A DNA stretch of 45,984 nucleotides from the NCBI GenBank assembly GCA_964623985.1, contig CAZUXG010000004.1, positions 1-45,984 on the forward strand. Reading direction: 5' to 3'. The position numbers and the translations under genes were made by a program. The notes under the pieces are model-generated. The model saw only the letters and a list, made by a program, of their open reading frames with translations, was not told the DNA's origin and ran no database searches. Of this stretch, positions 37,478 to 45,984 are shown piece by piece (the stretch's first letter is position 1; every line of letters starts with the position of its first letter). Source of the DNA: an uncultured Thermodesulfobacteriota bacterium. GTDB taxonomy: Bacteria > Desulfobacterota > Anaeroferrophillalia > Anaeroferrophillales > Tharpellaceae.

Positions 37478-38692
37478 ATGACAAAAGAAGAGCGCAGACT
37501 AGCGGCCTTAAGGCGGCGATTGTTGATTGTTGTCGGTTGTTTGGGAGGGGTTGCGTTTTTCTTTTTTCTAGGTTTTCTGATAGTCAGCCGGCCGGCTTTG
37601 CAGTCGATTGAGTCCCGTCGCCAACCGCTATCCGGCTCGGATTCTGTCGTTCGACAATCGTGGTCCCGGGAAGCTTTGGCTGAAGTTTTGAAGCGGCTGG
37701 AAAAAAAACTGGCTATTTCTCAGCCGGCGGAAGTTATCGATCAACACTGGGAGGTGATGCACAACGGAGCGCATGAATGGCTACGGGTGCGGCTTCAAGG
37801 GGAGTATCAAGATCTTGAAAGCCTGGCTCAGGTTTTGGAGGTCTTCAGGGAACTTCTGCTTCGGGATTTTAATCTTCGGGCTCTGATTCATCTTGATAAA
37901 AGTAGTGGAACTCTTAATTTTCTTATCCTGGCCGGGGAAGAAGTTGTGGTGGTTGGCAGTTTTACCCCTGTGGGTGAGGGGCGGATTATCGGGCCTGAGT
38001 TTGTCCGGCCGCAACTGGCAATTGTTATCGACGATCTTGGTCACAGTCTGGAAAGCGCCGCCGAATTTGCAGCTTTACCGCTACCCTTGACTTTTGCGGT
38101 ATTTCCGATGTTGGAAAATTCGCTTAAGGTGGCGGCTTGCTTTGCTGATTATCATCGGGACATCATACTTCACGCCCCGATGGAGCCGCGTGGTTATCCG
38201 TCGATAAATCCTGGGCCGGGGGCTTTGCTTAGTGCCATGGGGGATGAAGAGTTAAGTGCCGTTTTTGTCGAGGATCTGCAATTTTTGCCGGGGATCATCG
38301 GGGTCAACAACCATATGGGTTCACGTTTGACTGCGGATCCCCAAAAGATGGCTCAGCTTATGAATATTCTTAAAGGTCGCAACCTTTTCTTTCTCGATAG
38401 TCGTACGATTGCTGGCAGTGTTGCTTATAAGAGAGCTGTTGAGGCCGGTATCCCGGCGTTGCAACGGGATATTTTTCTTGATAATGTGCAGGATGTCGAG
38501 CATATCGTTGAACAATTTAGGGCTCTTATCGAAGTTGCCAGGGTAAAAGGCCGCGCCATTGGTATTGGTCATCCCTATCCTGAGACGCTGACAGCCCTCG
38601 GTTTTTTACCGGAGATGGCAAGCCAGGCCGGGGTTGAAGTCGTTGCTTTACGAGAATTTGTCAGCCGGCAGTCTCAACAAGTTGAACAGTAA
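37478..38692 (+). CDS. Divergent polysaccharide deacetylase family protein (YibQ-like)
   Basis: IVIDDLG, LHAPMEP, NNHMGS, FLDSRT, RDIFLDN, AIGIGHPYP; N-terminal TM. Confidence 0.9.
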   Translation: MTKEERRLAALRRRLLIVVGCLGGVAFFFFLGFLIVSRPALQSIESRRQPLSGSDSVVRQSWSREALAEVLKRLEKKLAISQPAEVIDQHWEVMHNGAHEWLRVRLQGEYQDLESLAQVLEVFRELLLRDFNLRALIHLDKSSGTLNFLILAGEEVVVVGSFTPVGEGRIIGPEFVRPQLAIVIDDLGHSLESAAEFAALPLPLTFAVFPMLENSLKVAACFADYHRDIILHAPMEPRGYPSINPGPGALLSAMGDEELSAVFVEDLQFLPGIIGVNNHMGSRLTADPQKMAQLMNILKGRNLFFLDSRTIAGSVAYKRAVEAGIPALQRDIFLDNVQDVEHIVEQFRALIEVARVKGRAIGIGHPYPETLTALGFLPEMASQAGVEVVALREFVSRQSQQVEQ

Positions 38693-38706
38693 CGGAGTTG
38701 GTCTAG

Positions 38707-40389
38707 ATGATTGAAGGGATGGTGTTCGCTTTTCTCGGCGGCCTCGGGCTTTTTCTTTATGGCATGAAAATCATGTCGGAGGGTTTGCAGAAAGCGGCCG
38801 GAAATCGCTTGCGGCAGGTTCTTGAGAAATTGACAACCAATCGGATTGCCGCTTTTCTGGTTGGCACCTCGGTGACCGCGATTGTTCAGAGCAGCAGTGC
38901 GACGACGGTGATGGTCATCGGTTTCGTCAATGCCGGTTTGATGAACCTGATGCAGGCCATCGGTGTGATCTTAGGAGCCAATATCGGGACTACGATAACT
39001 GGCCAGATGATCGCCTTCAAGGTGCATCATTATGCTCTGCCGGCGATCGGCATCGGGGTGGCTCTGAAATTTTTTACGTGGAACCGACGCTGGCAATATT
39101 TCGGCGAAATTCTGCTCGGTTTCGGGATGCTTTTTTACGGTCTTGACGTCTTGAAAGATGGTCTTGCAGTGCTCAAGACCCAGCCTTTTTTTCAGGATGC
39201 TTTTATCTCCTTCAGCCATAACCATATCATAGCGGTACTGGCTGGGGCCCTGCTGACCATTGTTTTGCAAAGCAGCAGTGCCACGGTCGCGATCACCATG
39301 ACCCTGGCGGCCAGTGGCGCCCTGACTTTTGAAGGCGGTCTGGGCTTGATCCTGGGGGAAAATATCGGTACTACGATCACCGCTCTCCTGGCCAGTATCG
39401 GAACTAATGTTTCGGCCAAACGGGCGGCCCGGGCCCATATGGTGATTAATGTCTTAGGGGTAATCTATGTGCTGTTGCTTTTCCCGCTTTTTGCCAGATT
39501 GGTCGATAATTTCACTCCGGGCGATCCCGAAATGGTGCTGGCCGGTGCCCAGCAGGCAACCGAATATGCGATGGCTGTAGGGGATAAACCATTTATTGCT
39601 CGCCATCTTGCTAATGCCCATACTTTTTTTAATATTTTTAACTGTCTGCTTTTTCTGCCCTTGGTCGGCATTATTGCGAAAGTTTGTATCTGGATGGTGC
39701 CCGCTGGTGATGAAGAGGAGAGTACTTACCACTTGCGCTACCTCGATAACCGGGTACTGGATACACCGGCCCTGGCTTTGGCTCAGGCCCACCAGGAGAC
39801 AACCCGGATGGCGGGTCTTTGTCTACGAATGTTCGATCAGACCATGGAGTGTTTTGAGACCTTTTCGCAGAAACTGGTTGAAAAGGTTTATCGTAAAGAA
39901 AATACCGTCGATATGTTGCAGAAGGAGATCACCGATTTTCTGGTTAATGTGACCCAGTTGTCAACGACTCCGGAGATTTCCCGCGAGGTCAGCGCAACTA
40001 TGTACATTGTTAACAATCTGGAGCGACTTGGAGATCATTGTGAAAACCTGATTCGACTGGTCGAACGGAAACATGATCAGAAGATTGAGTTCAGTGCCGA
40101 AGCCCTGAAAGAGATTGCTAATATTCGGGGGAAGGCCAGAGAGTTTTTAGAGTTGATGGTAAGTGGTCTGGAAAAGGGCAAGTATGAGAGGTTCATGATT
40201 TTAGCAAAAGCTTTCGAAGGGAGTATCAACTCTTTAGAAGATCGTTACCGTAACCGGCATATTGAGCGTTTGAGTGAAGACCGTTGTTCTGTGGTGCAGG
40301 GCCTGATTTTTATCGATATTCTAACCAATTTTGAAAAAATTGGCGACCACTGTTTTAATATATGTGAAGTCGTAGCCGGAGAAAAATAA
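38707..40389 (+). CDS. Na+/phosphate cotransporter family protein with C-terminal PhoU domains
   Basis: Two QSSSAT motifs, GANIGTT/GENIGTT, LERLGDH and FEKIGDH. Confidence 0.92.
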   Translation: MIEGMVFAFLGGLGLFLYGMKIMSEGLQKAAGNRLRQVLEKLTTNRIAAFLVGTSVTAIVQSSSATTVMVIGFVNAGLMNLMQAIGVILGANIGTTITGQMIAFKVHHYALPAIGIGVALKFFTWNRRWQYFGEILLGFGMLFYGLDVLKDGLAVLKTQPFFQDAFISFSHNHIIAVLAGALLTIVLQSSSATVAITMTLAASGALTFEGGLGLILGENIGTTITALLASIGTNVSAKRAARAHMVINVLGVIYVLLLFPLFARLVDNFTPGDPEMVLAGAQQATEYAMAVGDKPFIARHLANAHTFFNIFNCLLFLPLVGIIAKVCIWMVPAGDEEESTYHLRYLDNRVLDTPALALAQAHQETTRMAGLCLRMFDQTMECFETFSQKLVEKVYRKENTVDMLQKEITDFLVNVTQLSTTPEISREVSATMYIVNNLERLGDHCENLIRLVERKHDQKIEFSAEALKEIANIRGKAREFLELMVSGLEKGKYERFMILAKAFEGSINSLEDRYRNRHIERLSEDRCSVVQGLIFIDILTNFEKIGDHCFNICEVVAGEK

Positions 40390-40484
40390 TGACTTCGTAA
40401 AATGTCGACTGCGCCCTGAGCGCTAGCGAGGAAGTGCCTTTGGTGGGGTAGGTGGCCTCGCAGATGAACATTTTACTTTGTCAT
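40389..40484. repeat. REP/MITE-like element with terminal inverted repeats, starting at the Na/Pi gene stop
   Basis: atgacttcgtaaaatgt ... acattttactttgtcat termini; internal gcgagg/cctcgc stem. Confidence 0.65.
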
Positions 40485-40546
40485 ATCCAAGTATCGGGTA
40501 GTTATTGATTAATTAGGCCCATCGTTGGTTGAGGATGAAAAAAAGT

Positions 40547-42945
<2,399 letters not shown>

Positions 42946-42952
42946 AAAATTA

Positions 42953-44506
42953 ATGCAAGAGCATGATATTCACGAGGAGAAGATCCTCATTCTCGATTTT
43001 GGTTCTCAATACACTCAGCTAATTGCCCGGCGTATTCGTGAGCATAAGGTCTATTGTGAGATTCATCCCTACAATCTCTCTTTAGAGCGTATTCATGCCT
43101 TTCGACCGCGGGGCGTTATTCTCTCCGGTGGTCCGTCCAGCACCTATGGCAGTAGCGCGCTCCATGTCGATAAAGGGGTGTTCAAATTGAATATTCCAAT
43201 CCTCGGAATCTGTTATGGAATGCAGGAGATTGCCGAACAGCTCGGGGGTGCGGTTGGTCATTCTGAACAACGTGAATTCGGGATGGCCAGTCTGACCTTG
43301 TTAAGGAATGATCCTTTGTGGGAGGATTTAAATTTCCCCGAGCAGGTCTGGATGAGCCATGGTGACAAGGTTATTGCTCTGCCGGAGGGTTTTTCTGCTA
43401 TCGGTGAAACCGAGAATGCTTCGATTGCAGCTTTTGCAAATCCCCAAAGAAAAGTTTGGGGGTTACAGTTTCATCCCGAGGTTGTCCACACAACGCCGGG
43501 CCAGCAGATTTTGAAGAACTTTCTGTTCTCCATTTGTGATTGTCACGGTTGGTGGAACATGCATTCTTTTATAGAGACTACGATTGCTGATATCCGGGCC
43601 CAAGTCGGTTCCGGTAAGGTTATCTTAGGGTTGAGCGGCGGGGTTGACTCCTCGGTTGCCGCTCTGCTTCTGCATAAGGCCCTAGGTGACCATCTGACCT
43701 GTATCTTTGTCAATAACGGGGTCTTGCGTCATCAGGAAGCCGAAGCTGTGCAGGAGATGTTTAGTCGTCATTTTAATCTTAATTTGCGCTATGTTGATGC
43801 GAGTCAGAGTTTTCTTGCTCTATTGAACGGGGTTACCGATCCGGAAAAGAAACGTAAAATTATCGGTAATGAATTTATCCGGGTCTTTGAAGATGAAGCC
43901 CATGTGCTTGAAGGGGTTGATTTTCTGGCCCAAGGGACTCTCTATCCTGATGTTATTGAAAGTGTTTCATTTAAGGGGCCTTCAGCGGTGATCAAGAGTC
44001 ATCATAATGTCGGCGGTCTGCCCGAGCATATGAAGCTCGAGTTGGTTGAGCCTTTGCGAGAGCTTTTCAAAGATGAGGTGCGAGAAGTCGGTCGTGAACT
44101 TGGCCTGCCTTCAGAGGTGGTTGACCGCCAACCGTTTCCGGGGCCGGGTTTGGCTATTCGGGTGATTGGTGAAATTACTGAAGTGCGTCTCCATATCCTG
44201 CGCCAGGCCGATGCCATTTTCATTGAAGAGATTCGTAAAGCCGGTCTTTATAATAAAATCTGGCAAGCCTTTGCTGTGCTAATCCCGGTAAAAACCGTCG
44301 GGGTCATGGGTGATGAACGTACCTATGAAAAGGTTATCGCCTTAAGGGCGGTTAACAGTATGGATGGTATGACTGCCGACTGGGTACGTATGCCTTATGA
44401 TCTTTTGGGGCGCATCGCGAACCGGATTATCAATGAAGTAAGAGGGGTCAATCGAGTGGTTTACGACATCTCATCCAAACCACCGGGTACGATTGAGTGG
44501 GAGTAG
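42953..44506 (+). CDS. guaA: GMP synthase (glutamine-hydrolysing)
   Basis: [50 protein letters not shown]. Confidence 0.97.
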   Translation: MQEHDIHEEKILILDFGSQYTQLIARRIREHKVYCEIHPYNLSLERIHAFRPRGVILSGGPSSTYGSSALHVDKGVFKLNIPILGICYGMQEIAEQLGGAVGHSEQREFGMASLTLLRNDPLWEDLNFPEQVWMSHGDKVIALPEGFSAIGETENASIAAFANPQRKVWGLQFHPEVVHTTPGQQILKNFLFSICDCHGWWNMHSFIETTIADIRAQVGSGKVILGLSGGVDSSVAALLLHKALGDHLTCIFVNNGVLRHQEAEAVQEMFSRHFNLNLRYVDASQSFLALLNGVTDPEKKRKIIGNEFIRVFEDEAHVLEGVDFLAQGTLYPDVIESVSFKGPSAVIKSHHNVGGLPEHMKLELVEPLRELFKDEVREVGRELGLPSEVVDRQPFPGPGLAIRVIGEITEVRLHILRQADAIFIEEIRKAGLYNKIWQAFAVLIPVKTVGVMGDERTYEKVIALRAVNSMDGMTADWVRMPYDLLGRIANRIINEVRGVNRVVYDISSKPPGTIEWE

Positions 44507-44517
44507 AGGGAATTTCG

Positions 44518-44841
44518 ATGGGGCAAGCTGGTTATATTCTGATCTCCGGGGAAACGGGAACCGGTAAAGAGCTGGTGGCCGGGGCTATTCACTACAGTAG
44601 TCCTAGAGCTGCGAAAGGTTTTATTAAGGTAAACTGTGCCGCATTGCATGATAATCTACTTGAGAGTGAGCTTTTTGGCCATGAAAAAGGGGCTTATACC
44701 GGGGTTATCCGTCAACGTATCGGGCGCTTTGAACAGGCTGATCGAGGCACTCTCTTTTTTGATGAAATTGGTGATATGAGCCTTGGTACCCAGGCCAAGC
44801 AGCTCGGCCTGGCTAATTCCCGCTGGCTTAAAAACAAGTGA
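44518..44841 (+). pseudogene. Truncated sigma54-dependent activator AAA+ domain fragment
   Basis: [37 protein letters not shown]; similarity stops after QAK; no sensor domain, arginine fingers or HTH. Confidence 0.75.
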
Positions 44842-45899
44842 ACGAGAGCACAAAGATAAATCTGAAAGGGTTGACTCGTCAAGAGTTGGTCAGGCATCTT
44901 GCCGGGATAGGTAAGGAGCGTTACCGGGCTGATCAGATTATCCGTTGGCTCTATCTTCAGCGAATTACAGATATTGAGCTGATGAGTAATCTCTCTCGTA
45001 GTTGTCGAGAGCGGCTCGAAGCCTTTGCTTATATCGGTCAGATCGCGTGTCTGCGGGAGCAGGTTGCGCAGGATGGTACCCGAAAATATCTTTTTCAGCT
45101 CAATGACGGTCATACCATTGAAACCGTTTTAATTGGTGATAAGGGCCGTTTGACCCTCTGTCTGTCAACCCAGGTTGGCTGTCGCATGGGTTGCAGTTTT
45201 TGTCTTACTGGTCATTCCGGTTTTGAAAGACAGCTTAGTGCGGCTGAAATTGTTGATCAGGTGATCCAGATTGCCGAAATCATTGATGCCGGGGGTTCGG
45301 CTCGGGGAGCGATTACAAATATTGTTCTGATGGGAATGGGGGAACCGCTTGATAATCTGGAAGAGGTGATCAAAGCCTTGGAAATCATGAAGTATGCTGA
45401 TGGTTTGCAATTTTCCAGTCGCCGGATAACCCTTTCAACCTGTGGTCTGGCACCACAAATTATCGAGCTTGGTCAACGGCTTGAGGTTTCTCTGGCGATT
45501 TCACTTAATGCGGCATATGATACTTTGCGTAGCCAGTTGATGCCGATCAACCGGCGTTATAATCTAACCGCGCTGATGGACGCCTGTCGTAGTTACCCAC
45601 ATACCAATCAGCGTCGCATCACCTTCGAATATATTCTTTTTGCGGGCCTCAATGACTCCTTAGATGATGCCCGTCGTCTCGTCGAACTTATAGGTTCGTT
45701 ACCCGCCAAAATCAACCTTATTCCTTTCAATGAGCACCCTGAACTGTCGTTCAAAAAGCCCCAACAAAAACAGATTACCGATTTTATGGAGTACCTGCAA
45801 CGCCATCATCTTACCGTTATGACCCGGCGCAGCAAAGGCGCCGATATCAGTGCCGCCTGTGGTCAGTTACGGGAAGCGGCTGGCGGGAAATCTCAGTAA
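44838..45899 (+). CDS. rlmN: 23S rRNA m2A2503 / tRNA methyltransferase RlmN
   Basis: [13 protein letters not shown] radical SAM motif, MGMGEP, ISLNA, NLIPFN, AACGQL. Confidence 0.95.
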   Translation: MNESTKINLKGLTRQELVRHLAGIGKERYRADQIIRWLYLQRITDIELMSNLSRSCRERLEAFAYIGQIACLREQVAQDGTRKYLFQLNDGHTIETVLIGDKGRLTLCLSTQVGCRMGCSFCLTGHSGFERQLSAAEIVDQVIQIAEIIDAGGSARGAITNIVLMGMGEPLDNLEEVIKALEIMKYADGLQFSSRRITLSTCGLAPQIIELGQRLEVSLAISLNAAYDTLRSQLMPINRRYNLTALMDACRSYPHTNQRRITFEYILFAGLNDSLDDARRLVELIGSLPAKINLIPFNEHPELSFKKPQQKQITDFMEYLQRHHLTVMTRRSKGADISAACGQLREAAGGKSQ

Positions 45900-45984
45900 C
45901 GGCTGTTTTCTTAATGCTTTTGAAGCTTCCAAGTAACCTGTAGCTAATCAGCTAATAGTCAGTCGATGAAAGCAAATTCCAGGG

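Overview
This 46 kb bacterial chromosomal window has gene order and protein style that suggest an anaerobic Deltaproteobacteria/Desulfobacterota-like organism (inference). It is mostly core genes: hppA (3' end), yebC-ruvCAB, lysS-lolE-[cNMP protein]-lolD-bamA-skp-fabZ-lpxA-gnnA-like-lpxB, kdsB, pyrF, aroQ-M24 peptidase-efp, cmk-ispH, proS-ftsEX-envC-ctpA-yibQ-like-Na/Pi cotransporter, fbp-guaB-guaA and rlmN. I saw no rRNA, tRNA, CRISPR array, prophage or transposase. The most notable observation is missing from the ORF track: a 63-aa candidate membrane selenoprotein at 22351..22542 (-). It has an in-frame TGA in a U-x4-C motif, a SECIS-like hairpin whose loop starts 16 nt downstream of the TGA, and a read-through TAA that overlaps the ATG of a tandem CQLGxF-repeat protein. 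Other points: a stand-alone NiFe CO dehydrogenase directly after a 25-codon dtd stub, a VpsT/CsgD-like regulator next to a PilZ protein, a TPR/dual-cNMP gene inserted inside lolE-lolD, a truncated sigma54 activator, a lipid A operon without lpxD/lpxI/gnnB, and several REP/MITE-like and heptamer repeats at gene junctions.
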